Shown here in pieces: positions 1 through 8,762 of a stretch of 64,000 nt of DNA. The notes beneath the pieces were generated by a model. The model had not been told where the DNA came from, made no database searches, and was given only the letters and a program-made list of their open reading frames with translations. The translations under genes were made by a program, and so were the position numbers. How positions within the stretch are numbered: the stretch's first letter is position 1; each line of letters opens with the position of its first letter. This stretch comes from Terriglobia bacterium (lineage in GTDB: Bacteria > Acidobacteriota > Terriglobia > 20CM-2-55-15): positions 4,236 through 68,235 of the forward strand of contig CBDCFM010000021.1 in the NCBI GenBank assembly GCA_965216035.1, given 5' to 3'.

Positions 1-619
1 GGAGCCGCCCGCCACTAACGGGAACTGTCGTTTTCGGACGAGGTCGGCAATCGCGCCGTCTTTGGAAAACGTGGTTTGGGGACCATATAGGCTTCCATAC
101 CTCAAGACCACACCTTCGAGGTCCGACGTCGCCAACACCAGGCGCTCAAGTTCGGGCAAGCGCCTCAACTGTTCGGCGCCAGGGCCAGGACGCGTTGAGC
201 CACAGAGGGGCAGTTTCATCCTGTACGGGTCCGCCCTCGGGGATGTATGCGAACGCGATACTCTGGGCGACAATGCGGCCGACACCTGCCATTGCGGCGG
301 CCTCGACCAGGTTACGGGTGCCCTCGACACGAATTCGGTCGTTTTCCGGGAGCTGGGTTTCGATCTTTCTGGGATCGATGGCTTTGGGTAACGACGTCAG
401 CTCGTGGATGAGTTCCTCAGGCTGCGCCTTTCGCACCGCTTCTTTAAGGCTGCTCAAGTCGTAGACGTTGCATACCACCGCCTGTATGCCGCGCGAAGCA
501 AGCTCTTCGGCCCGAGACACGTTGCGTGTCATCGCGGTTACGGTATGGCCTGCTTCGATCAGGTGGGGTAGGAGCGACCGCCCGATCACGCCGGTCGCAC
601 CAGCAACGAATACTCTCAT
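1..619 (-). pseudogene. NAD(P)-binding SDR/NmrA-like epimerase-type protein; reading frame broken near 146-215 and 3'-partial at the window edge
   Basis: The ORF 146..619 opens with a Rossmann motif (MRVFVAGATGVIGRSL) but stops after 157 aa. The minus-strand continuation in another frame (2..~240) reads ...ELERLVLATSDLEGVVLRYGSLYGPQTTFSKDGAIADLVRKRQFPLVAGG, a typical C-terminal half of this family. This is a frameshift or a sequencing error. Confidence 0.45.
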
Positions 620-622
620 GAC

Positions 623-1063
623 TCACGGCCGCTCTGTTGGCGGCTTGTCTCCGGGCCCCGGCAAGTGGGCTTTTCGTCTCGACCCTGAAACTTCCTGGTC
701 GATCAGCGTTTCCAGATCGGCGTAGGCATAAATGACGGGCGTATTGTTCTGCATGAGTCCACCGGTGTCGGCAGTCGGCCAGTAATTGCTATGCAGGTCC
801 CTGTTGAGCATCCGCAACATGGCCATCTGCTGTCCCCTGTGATGCGCAGTGTGCGCGACTCTCCGCACGAAAACCCAGGCCCGCGACCGTTCCACATTGA
901 AGAACTCGGCCGGTGTCTCCCACCAGTCCTCGCCCTGACTGCGGAGGGCATCCAGTCGCTTTCCGGAGTCGTCCAGGTATCGCTCGATGAAACCGAGGCG
1001 CGTTTCTTCGACAGGCAACGGCGGCGCGGCGACATCGATGTCCAGCATCCGGCAGAACCAGAG
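623..1063 (-). pseudogene. DinB/YfiT-like (DinB_2 family) protein, C-terminal fragment separated from its N-terminus by IS481-family copy 1
   Basis: The flank-encoded part of ORF 623..1105 carries the HxxxH metal-binding motif (VAHTAHHRGQ). Its first 14 codons (MCLDYSVNDVPGRS) are encoded by the IS end. Confidence 0.6.
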
Positions 1064-2381
1064 TGAACGGCCGGGAACATCATTGACAGAATAGTCCAGG
1101 CACATCCTTTACAGTTTGTACCTCTTTCTCATTCTATTCCCCAAAGCATCTTGAATGGTAAAGGTCCGTTCGTCCATTTGTCCGAGACGAACGGTGCCGA
1201 AGTAGACATCCCAGACGCCGTCGTCGACTTCCTCGAGTCCGACGTACTCACCTTCAAGGGTGTGGGTGATTGGAACACGATGGGCCGACCACCGGAATCC
1301 CCCGTTCCGACTGACCAGTCGCGTTTCGAAATGAGACGGATACTCGATGGGAGGCAGGCCCAACGGAAACTCCCGTGAAGAGGTTTGATAGCGGGAGTCG
1401 GGCGTTTCCTGGTCCAGCGCCTCATGGGGACGCACAGTGTTGAATTCCTCAACAAAACGATTGAACCGGAATTGCTGAGCCCGCATCGTGGCCGCTGGCG
1501 GCCGAGTGGTCTCTTGTTTCAAGGTTTTGTGCATGCGTTCGTGTCGGCCGTTTTGATCTGGCCGGCCGGGCTGAATCAATTCGGGGAAGATTCCGAGGCG
1601 GATCCACCAGACCGATAGCCGGCTCAGTCGCCCGATGGCCGTGGTGGCGAACGGCGGCCCGTTATCGGTCCGGATGATTGCAGGGAGACCGAAGTTCCGG
1701 AAGACACTCTTGAATACGGACTTCGCGCGAACATGATTAGTCGAGTAGAGGCCCTTACATGCGAGCAGATACCGGGTGCAACCGTCGGTGATCGTCAACG
1801 GATAGCAATAGATGCCATCCCCAGTTTTAAACTCGCCTTTATAGTCCGCACACCAGACATCATTGGACCGATCCATTGAAGTCACGGGCTTGCCCGGATG
1901 ACCCGGATAGGTGCGTCTCCGCTTCTTCTCCACAAGCCCATGACGTTTCAGCAGTTCCGAGATCGTCGATCGGGCGGGCCAGTCGACCTCGGGATGCCGG
2001 GTATTCAAGATCTTAAGAAGCTTCTTGGCCCCCCAGTGAGGATGTTTGCGGCGCAGATCGATCACCCGCCGCACCACATCGTCTGACGTCCGATGCGGGC
2101 AGCCGACAGGACGACGGGAACGCTCCTCCAATCCGGATTGGCCATTCTCCAAGAATCTGTCAATCCACTTATATCCGGTGGGCCGGCTCACCCCGTAGCG
2201 CGCACACAGTTCGACGATCGAGAAAGATCGAGTAAGATAATCGGCAATAAATAATCGTTTTTGATCCATGGTCGTTGATTGATCCCAGGGCATATGAAGT
2301 CCTCCACGGAGGACTTCATCGTGATCGATCTGTAAACCATGTACCCGGACAGATATGTAAACGATGTACCCGGACCGTACC
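1064..2381 (-). mobile_element. IS481-family insertion sequence, copy 1 (1318 bp) with imperfect ~26-bp terminal inverted repeats and 3-bp target duplication GAG
   Basis: Identical to 51759..53076. The ends TGAACGGCCGGGAACATC... and ...GATGTACCCGGACCGTACC are imperfect inverted repeats. The flanking triplet gag occurs at 1061-1063 and 2382-2384. Confidence 0.85.
1109..2293 (-). CDS. IS481-family DDE transposase (HTH plus rve integrase core)
   Basis: The N-terminal HTH MDQKRLFIADYLTRSFSIVELCARYGVSRPTGYKWIDRF and the integrase-core region are typical of IS481. The start is set at the first Met inside the IS (MPWDQ...), because the ORF-track N-termini of the two copies differ exactly where they extend beyond the IS boundary. 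Confidence 0.85.
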   Translation of the reverse strand: MPWDQSTTMDQKRLFIADYLTRSFSIVELCARYGVSRPTGYKWIDRFLENGQSGLEERSRRPVGCPHRTSDDVVRRVIDLRRKHPHWGAKKLLKILNTRHPEVDWPARSTISELLKRHGLVEKKRRRTYPGHPGKPVTSMDRSNDVWCADYKGEFKTGDGIYCYPLTITDGCTRYLLACKGLYSTNHVRAKSVFKSVFRNFGLPAIIRTDNGPPFATTAIGRLSRLSVWWIRLGIFPELIQPGRPDQNGRHERMHKTLKQETTRPPAATMRAQQFRFNRFVEEFNTVRPHEALDQETPDSRYQTSSREFPLGLPPIEYPSHFETRLVSRNGGFRWSAHRVPITHTLEGEYVGLEEVDDGVWDVYFGTVRLGQMDERTFTIQDALGNRMRKRYKL

Positions 2382-2558
2382 GAGGTCCTCGCTGACACAT
2401 TGGTGCACCATCTGCTCGTGAACGCTTCGACCGCGCGGATCCCCGGCTTGGGGCCGGATCGTCAGATCGTTGTCGTCGAACATGCTCCAGACACTGAGCG
2501 TCTTGAGCCGCTCGGTGTCGTAGGTATCGATCAGGAACTGGTAGCGCACGACACGCAC
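2382..2558 (-). pseudogene. DinB-like protein, N-terminal fragment (probable original start at Met 2483)
   Basis: ...YQFLIDTYDTERLKTLSVWSMFDDNDLTIRPQAGDPRGRSVHEQMVHQCVSEDL matches the DinB_2 N-terminus with its first conserved His. The fragment is in frame with 623..1063 once the IS and one copy of the GAG duplication are removed. Confidence 0.55.
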
Positions 2559-3196
2559 TCCGTATTCACGAAATCGCCTTCGAACGAGTCAGGAGTCAGA
2601 CCTGCGTCGCGAAGCTGAGATTCCAGCCGTGCGACACGATTCTGAAGCTCCCGGACGACGGGCGACATCTCCTCTTCGGTAAAGCGTGACTGGATGTGCT
2701 GCGGGCAGTTCACATCCCAGGCCAGGACCCGAAATACGAGGGCGCGCTCCGGCTTCGCCTGGTATTCCGCGTCGCGAAGGCTGTTCAGCAGTTCAGGGTC
2801 GTCCTCAACGAATTCAGCCTCACCCCAGATCTTGATTCGGCGGCGGTTGGGATAATCCATCAGGAAGATGAACGCCTTGTTGTTCTCGCTCAGGTTGCCC
2901 AGGGAGATGTACTGGGCGTTTCCGGCGAAGTCAGCCAGAGCGAGGGTTCGGTCGTCCAAGATCTTGAGGAAACCCTTCGGGCCTCCCCGATGCTGGATGT
3001 AAGGTTGGCCCGAGGCGTTTGCGGTACCCAGATACAGCGAGTCTCTCTGGGCGATGAAGTCCCGGAGTTCCGGAGTGACAACGTCGGCCCACCCTCCCCT
3101 CTGTTCCATCTTCGAGTAGGAGCGCCGAGACCCCCGAGCGTCCTGGGCCGTTTTGACTGCAGGCGTGAATGCAATGTCGCTGATTGGATGTTCCAT
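2531..3196 (-). CDS. pyridoxamine 5'-phosphate oxidase-like FMN-binding (split-barrel) family protein
   Basis: Family-level resemblance only, with no diagnostic motif checked. The start was moved to the internal Met (MEHPISD) to remove overlap with the upstream hydrolase gene. Confidence 0.55.
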   Translation of the reverse strand: MEHPISDIAFTPAVKTAQDARGSRRSYSKMEQRGGWADVVTPELRDFIAQRDSLYLGTANASGQPYIQHRGGPKGFLKILDDRTLALADFAGNAQYISLGNLSENNKAFIFLMDYPNRRRIKIWGEAEFVEDDPELLNSLRDAEYQAKPERALVFRVLAWDVNCPQHIQSRFTEEEMSPVVRELQNRVARLESQLRDAGLTPDSFEGDFVNTECVSCATSS

Positions 3197-3224
3197 TTCG
3201 ATCTCTCCCTTCGGACCTCTTCGC

Positions 3225-4139
3225 TCATGCCACGCTATGGCCACGGTCTCGATGAACCACTTTGCGGTCGAGAAACTCGCGAATTCGCGTTGCAATCACA
3301 TCGCCGTCCTCCTCCAACGCGAAGTGCCCGGTGTCAAGCAGATGGAACTCGAGGTCTTTCAAATCACGTCGATAGGGCTCGGCACCTTCACTGGGGAAGA
3401 TGAAGTCATTCTTTCCCCACACCACAAGCGTCGGTGGTTGTTCGCGCCTGAGAAATTCCTGCCACGCAGGATAGTGCGGTGGGTTCGATCCGTAGTCGTA
3501 GAACAACTGCAACTGGATTTGCTTGTTTCCGGGCCGCTCGAGAAGAAACTGGTCGTGATACCAGTTATCTGGAGCAATCGCTGTTGGATTCCGAACACCG
3601 TGCGTGTACTGCCACCGAGTGGCTTCCAGCGTCAAGAGCGAATCCTGAAGGGTTTTCGCCTGCTCCTCGGACCGGTCTTGCCAGTATGCCTTGATCGGGT
3701 CCCAGAATTCGCGCAGCCCTTCCTCGTAGGCGTTGCCATTCTGAACGATGAGTGCCTCGACGCGCTCCGGATGCTTCAATGCCAGCCGATAGCCGACCGG
3801 GGCTCCATAGTCCATCAGGTACAGACTGTACCGATCTATTCCAAGCTGCGACACGAGTTGGTCGATGACTTCGGCGAAGGTATCAAACGTGTAATCGAAT
3901 TCCTCTGGGCTGGGCATGGAACTTGCCCCGAAACCCGGATAGTCTGGTGCGACGACGTGGAAGCGATCGGAAAGGGCCGGAATCAGGTTCCTAAACATGT
4001 GTGACGATGTCGGGAATCCGTGCAGTAAGAGCACGGTCGGGCCATCCACCGGACCCGCCTCTCGGAAGAAGATGTCGAGATCGCCGACTTTGATCGTGCG
4101 GTGCTGTGTCTGCGTTTTGGGCTTGCCGTCAGTAGACAT
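3225..4139 (-). CDS. alpha/beta-fold hydrolase (epoxide hydrolase / haloalkane dehalogenase-like)
   Basis: The [17 protein letters not shown]... and LMDYGAPVG nucleophile-elbow context is typical of the family, and the length (304 aa) fits. Confidence 0.75.
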   Translation of the reverse strand: MSTDGKPKTQTQHRTIKVGDLDIFFREAGPVDGPTVLLLHGFPTSSHMFRNLIPALSDRFHVVAPDYPGFGASSMPSPEEFDYTFDTFAEVIDQLVSQLGIDRYSLYLMDYGAPVGYRLALKHPERVEALIVQNGNAYEEGLREFWDPIKAYWQDRSEEQAKTLQDSLLTLEATRWQYTHGVRNPTAIAPDNWYHDQFLLERPGNKQIQLQLFYDYGSNPPHYPAWQEFLRREQPPTLVVWGKNDFIFPSEGAEPYRRDLKDLEFHLLDTGHFALEEDGDVIATRIREFLDRKVVHRDRGHSVA

Positions 4140-4200
4140 TGCTGATCCTCTATTTTTGTTGGTTGAGCTGCCTTAATTGAGACTCGCATCCGCCGTCGAG

Positions 4201-4905
4201 TCAGTTACCGACGGCGACCGCCTCGGTGGCCTGCTGTAGCTTTGCGACGGCCTCTGGGGTCGTCCAGACGGCACTCGCGATATAGCGGTAGTTCACCAGG
4301 GCCGCTTCATAGCCGTCGCCTTCGGGCACTCTCGCCCCGGCGGTGGCGTCTGACACGACGGCGACTTCGAACCCCTGTTCGGTCAACTCCCGCATGTGGC
4401 TCTCGGTGCAGAGATTGGCCGACATCCCGGCCAGTATCACCCGCGAGATTCCACGCTTTCGCAACTGGAGAACCAAATCGTTGGTCTCGGGTCCGAAGAC
4501 TTTATGGGGACTGGCTACAATGGTGTCGCCATCGTTGATATAGGGCTTGTACTGTTCCAGCCAGTCGGCGCCGGAGTTCTCGAAGCCGTCCAGCTTGAGA
4601 GACCCGGCCCGGTCGAACATTCCGATGTTGTGCATCAGGGTTTCCAGCGCCCCCTCGAACTTCCAGCCGTGGTCGGTTGGATAGTAGTAGTGAGGCGAGA
4701 CGAAAACAGGGATACCGGTGGCCTTGGCGGCCTTGAACAGCGACTCGATGTTCGCGACGGTGTTGTTCTCGGTTACGCTCTCACCCACCACACCCCAGGC
4801 CACGCCATCCGGGCTGAGAAAATCGTTCTGCGGATCTGTGATCAGCAGAGCAGTGTTGGAGCTATCAATTTGCATTCCCGGTACGGGTAGAAACGATGAA
4901 GTCAT
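4201..4905 (-). CDS. isochorismatase-family cysteine hydrolase
   Basis: TALLITDPQNDFLSP is the family signature. The start is set at MTSSFLPV (ATG 4905), which has an AGGAGA Shine-Dalgarno 8 nt upstream and lies downstream of the sigma-54 promoter. Confidence 0.75.
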   Translation of the reverse strand: MTSSFLPVPGMQIDSSNTALLITDPQNDFLSPDGVAWGVVGESVTENNTVANIESLFKAAKATGIPVFVSPHYYYPTDHGWKFEGALETLMHNIGMFDRAGSLKLDGFENSGADWLEQYKPYINDGDTIVASPHKVFGPETNDLVLQLRKRGISRVILAGMSANLCTESHMRELTEQGFEVAVVSDATAGARVPEGDGYEAALVNYRYIASAVWTTPEAVAKLQQATEAVAVGN

Positions 4906-4953
4906 GTCAGTGTCTCCTGTTGAGTTGTTGATGTTGCGATCGCCCAACTGACC

Positions 4954-4968
4954 GCAAGTTCACGTCCA
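4954..4968 (-). promoter_or_regulatory. sigma-54 (-24/-12) promoter TGGACG-N5-TTGC driving the isochorismatase / hydrolase / PNPOx (/DinB) operon
   Basis: Minus-strand TGGACGTGAACTTGC has GG and GC separated by exactly 10 bp, as in the TGGCAC-N5-TTGC consensus. It is divergent from a sigma-54 activator gene. Confidence 0.5.
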
Positions 4969-5060
4969 TTTCGATTTGTTCGTGTAACGCATTGTTTTTA
5001 AAATCTTTAAAAGAAATTAGGCTCGCCAGCGATTGGCATGATATTTCGTAGAGATACGAA

Positions 5061-6728
5061 ATGTCGGCAGCCACCAACGATATTTCGATAGAATGGCGCG
5101 CGATGGACACGACCGTATCGAGTTTCAACGCCGACAATATTCGGCAGTTGCTGCTGGACATGGCTCAGGAACGGAGGGTTGACGGTGTATTGTCCCTAGT
5201 GGTTGAAAGAGTGTCGGAGGAATCCGATGTCGCGCTGGCTCGAGTCTGGCTCAAGGGCCCCGGGGACATCTGCAAGGAATGCGGAATGCTACCGGAATGT
5301 CCCGACCAGTCCGAATGCCTGCACCTGGTGGCCAGCGCCGGTCATTCATCCGCCGAGGACGGCCTTCACTGGCAGCGACTGGACGGATCCTTTCGACGGA
5401 TGCCGATGGGTGTTCGCAAGGTCGGCCACATCGCCGCGACAGGAGCACCGGTCGAGATCGCCGACGTTACCGTGGACGGAAAGTGGATCGCCAGGCCCGA
5501 CTGGGTGGCGGCAGAAAAGATCCGGGGATTCGGCGGACAACTGTTAATCCACCAGGGCGACGTCCTCGGCGTCCTGGCGGTATTCGCCCGCTGTGTGATG
5601 ACACACGATAACCTGATATGGCTGCGTATGATCGCCAACCACGCGGCAACCGCCATCGCGAATGCCAGGGCCTTTGAAGAGATCGACCGTCTGCAGAAGC
5701 GCTTGGAAGACGAGAACGAATACTTGCGCGAAGAAGTTCGTGTGGCTCACGGATTCAGCGAAATCATCGGCGAGAGCGCAGCACTGAAGAAGGTGCTGAC
5801 TCAAGTCGAATTGGTGGGCCCGACGGATACGAGTGTTCTCGTGACCGGGGAGTCCGGGACCGGCAAGGAGTTGATTGCCCGGGCGATTCATCAGATCAGC
5901 CGTCGAAGCAGCCAGCCGATGGTCAGCGTCAACTGCGCGTCGATCCCCCGTGAGTTGTTCGAAAGCGAGTTTTTCGGGCACGTCAAGGGGGCTTTCACTG
6001 GTGCGGTTCGAGATCGGGTCGGTCGTTTTCAATTGGCAGACGGCGGAACGATCTTTCTGGACGAAGTGGGAGAGATCCCGATCGAGCTTCAGAGCAAGTT
6101 GCTGCGAGTGCTCCAGGAAGGTGCCTTCGAGCGTGTTGGCGATGATCGAACCCGTCGGATCGACGTCCGGATCGTAGCGGCGACGAACCGAGATCTCAAG
6201 GCCGATGCTGCCGCGGGCCGATTCCGGGAAGATCTCTACTATCGGCTCGGGGTGTTTCTGATCGAGTCCACGCCGCTTCGAGAACGGACTGAGGACATTC
6301 CGCTACTCGCGATGCGATTCGTCCGGGACATCGGTCAGCGCCTGGGTATCCCCACCCCAAAACTGAAACGCCGTCACATTCTGGCACTCAAAGGCTACGG
6401 TTGGCCCGGCAACGTGCGTGAACTCCAGAATGTCATCGAGCGCGCCGTGATCGTTGCGCGGTCAGGAGTCCTGGACTTCAATTTGCCGAATCAGAGCCGG
6501 CCCAGCCACGAATCACGGACAGATAAAGATAGTCGCTCCGGCGTCGTCAACTATGAGGAACTTCATCGGAGGGAACGGGACAATCTGATAGCTGCTCTCA
6601 AAGAGACGAACTGGCGGATTTCTGGCCCCGAGGGTGCGGCCGTGCTTCTTGGCGTTAAACACACGACGCTGGCATCCAAGATCAAGGCGATGAAGATCGA
6701 GCGATCGAACAGGGAACACCGAGATTGA
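5061..6728 (+). CDS. sigma-54-dependent transcriptional activator with N-terminal GAF domain and C-terminal Fis-type HTH
   Basis: Walker [16 protein letters not shown], the sigma-54 contact motif GAFTGA, and a C-terminal HTH ([12 protein letters not shown] ... [11 protein letters not shown]). Confidence 0.85.
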   Translation: MSAATNDISIEWRAMDTTVSSFNADNIRQLLLDMAQERRVDGVLSLVVERVSEESDVALARVWLKGPGDICKECGMLPECPDQSECLHLVASAGHSSAEDGLHWQRLDGSFRRMPMGVRKVGHIAATGAPVEIADVTVDGKWIARPDWVAAEKIRGFGGQLLIHQGDVLGVLAVFARCVMTHDNLIWLRMIANHAATAIANARAFEEIDRLQKRLEDENEYLREEVRVAHGFSEIIGESAALKKVLTQVELVGPTDTSVLVTGESGTGKELIARAIHQISRRSSQPMVSVNCASIPRELFESEFFGHVKGAFTGAVRDRVGRFQLADGGTIFLDEVGEIPIELQSKLLRVLQEGAFERVGDDRTRRIDVRIVAATNRDLKADAAAGRFREDLYYRLGVFLIESTPLRERTEDIPLLAMRFVRDIGQRLGIPTPKLKRRHILALKGYGWPGNVRELQNVIERAVIVARSGVLDFNLPNQSRPSHESRTDKDSRSGVVNYEELHRRERDNLIAALKETNWRISGPEGAAVLLGVKHTTLASKIKAMKIERSNREHRD

Positions 6729-7631
6729 CCGCTAGCGATGTATTTCGGCCGGGATAAGCCTCGATCCTACTCACTCTCATTTGTCCTCCATCCCCTTGAG
6801 GACTTCTCAGGGTCTCCCAATAAAACGCTAGGTGCGGTGCCCCGCCGGGTAGACCCGTCTGCCGACACGAGCAGAGAATCGCGCCGCTCGGTAGGCTCGC
6901 CTCTTCCATTTGTGCGCCACCTGAACGGCTCGCATGCTCTTGTAAAACGCCTTGACCTTCGCACGCAGACGAAAGTGCCGAACACTCTCTTTTAAGTGGA
7001 CGCTTCCGGCGCGCCACGGACGCCGAGCCCGTCGACCGTTTTCGAGACGATCCGGAATCACCGCTGTGCTTTCCAGTCCACGGGTCACGCCACGATCCCT
7101 TATACAGAACCCGATACGAACTCCCACGCTTCCTGCTGGCCATTTTTCTGTGCTCCTTTCGTGCTCCATTCCCACGAGTGCAAATGAAGCATTCTTGAAA
7201 ATCAGTGACATACGATGTCCAGAACAGCACGCCATACACGCTATGTAGTTGATTCTCAAACTCCGGCCAGTTTCCCAAGCTGGACGTCGATTCCTACGGT
7301 CCTCCCTTGGGCCACGACTCGTTCGGTCTTTCTTGAGGATCCGAACCGTTCGGTCTCTCGGACAGGATCCTCGGTATTTGGTTTCGGCCTCGAAAGGTCC
7401 GTAGCCCCAGGCCGATTCTATCCCGCCTTTAGTGAGTAGCACCGGGTAGCACCCGGATCTCGCCGGGACGTTCACCGACAACGAACCGGCACTGTATAGG
7501 AAGGGCCGGCTTCGCCCGTCTGTGCGTCCCGACCATCAGTAAAGGCCTTCGGGTGTTATATTTGCTTGTTCGGCCTCTGTCCGGATTGCCCCCTCCGACA
7601 GAGTGTTGTTCACCTTAACAATCGGTCGACC

Positions 7632-8762
7632 ATGCGCAAAGAGATCCAACAAGCCCAGCGGATCGTTATTAAGTTGGGAACGCGTCTACTGACCAAAGAG
7701 GACGGTGCAGTGGCCGCCTCCCGGCTGGGGAAGCTTGTGTCTCAATGCGCCCGGCTGGTCCAGGAAGACGGGAAGAAGATAATTTTAGTCTCTTCAGGTG
7801 CCGTCGGTTTGGGTCGGATCTCGCTCGGGATCGAAAAGCTGTCGGACGTCTCGGTGAAACAGGCGTGTGCGGCGGTGGGACAGGGCCTGTTGATGCAACG
7901 CTACGAACGGCACTTTGGCCGCCACGGCTTGATGACGGCCCAGCTGCTTGTGACGGCCGACGATTTTTCCGACCGCCGACGCTACCTGAACCTTCGCGAG
8001 ACCTTCGAGCGGCTGCTTTCCTTCAATGTGATTCCGGTCGTGAACGAAAACGATTCCGTATCAACGATGGAGCTCCAGGAAGACGTCCGGACTCACAGTT
8101 TCGGTGACAACGATCTGCTTTCCGCGCTGGTGGCTTCCAAGTTGGGTGCGGACCTGCTTCTCATACTCACCGACGTTGATGGAATTTACGACAGCCACCC
8201 GAAGAAGAATCCCAACGCGAAGCCGATCGAAGAACTGGATGATTTCGACGATCTGCGAAAACTTGACCTGAAAGGCCAATCCGCCTACGGTCGGGGTGGG
8301 GTCACGTCAAAGGTCGAAGCGGCCCGCTTGGCATCGCTCGGCGGCGTCAGCACCGTGATCGCCTCCGGGCTCAAGAAAGATGCCATCCTGCGTTGCACGG
8401 GCACGCTGGTCAGGCCGAAGTTGAAACTCAAGGACCGGCAGCGCTGGATCGGTCTGTCGTCCGGTTTTGGCGGAGTGATCCGGGTCAACCTTGGCGCAGC
8501 CGAAGCCTTAATAAAGAAAAATGCCAGTCTCCTGCCCAGCGGGGTGACCGGTGTCCGCGGCGCGTTCAACGCAAACGAGGTCGTCAGCGTTGAAACCGAG
8601 CAGGGCCGCGAGATCGGCCGGGGTATCGTTTACTTCTCTTCCCACCAGATCACCGAGATTCAGGGCTGTCATAGCCGGGAAATCTCTGAGAAACTCGGAG
8701 AAACAGACCATCAGGAAATTATTCACAGGGATCACCTGGTGATCTTTGGAGAGATCGGATGA
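7632..8762 (+). CDS. proB: glutamate 5-kinase (with PUA domain)
   Basis: MRKEIQQAQRIVIKLGT...ILVSSGAV is typical ProB. The start is set at the internal ATG at 7632. Confidence 0.85.
   Translation: MRKEIQQAQRIVIKLGTRLLTKEDGAVAASRLGKLVSQCARLVQEDGKKIILVSSGAVGLGRISLGIEKLSDVSVKQACAAVGQGLLMQRYERHFGRHGLMTAQLLVTADDFSDRRRYLNLRETFERLLSFNVIPVVNENDSVSTMELQEDVRTHSFGDNDLLSALVASKLGADLLLILTDVDGIYDSHPKKNPNAKPIEELDDFDDLRKLDLKGQSAYGRGGVTSKVEAARLASLGGVSTVIASGLKKDAILRCTGTLVRPKLKLKDRQRWIGLSSGFGGVIRVNLGAAEALIKKNASLLPSGVTGVRGAFNANEVVSVETEQGREIGRGIVYFSSHQITEIQGCHSREISEKLGETDHQEIIHRDHLVIFGEIG

Noticed and set aside
5036-5056. TGGCATGATATTTCG upstream of the activator gene as a plus-strand sigma-54 promoter
   Set aside because: The GC of the -12 element is not at the required 10-bp spacing from GG. 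The palindrome TTTCGTA-GAGA-TACGAAA overlapping it is more likely an operator or activator site.
6741-6760. Minus-strand GGCTTATCCCGGCC resembling the 3' end of bacterial RNase P RNA
   Set aside because: None of the other conserved P RNA blocks (GGAAAGTCCGG, GGGTGAAAGGGTG, CCACCCGGAGCAAGG) are present within 500 nt, so this is treated as coincidence.
6682-7481. Long minus-strand ORFs (198 and 217 aa) and plus ORFs in the sigma-54-activator-to-proB gap
   Set aside because: The translations are low-complexity (R/S/G-rich) with no family resemblance, and they overlap one another. The region is treated as non-coding.
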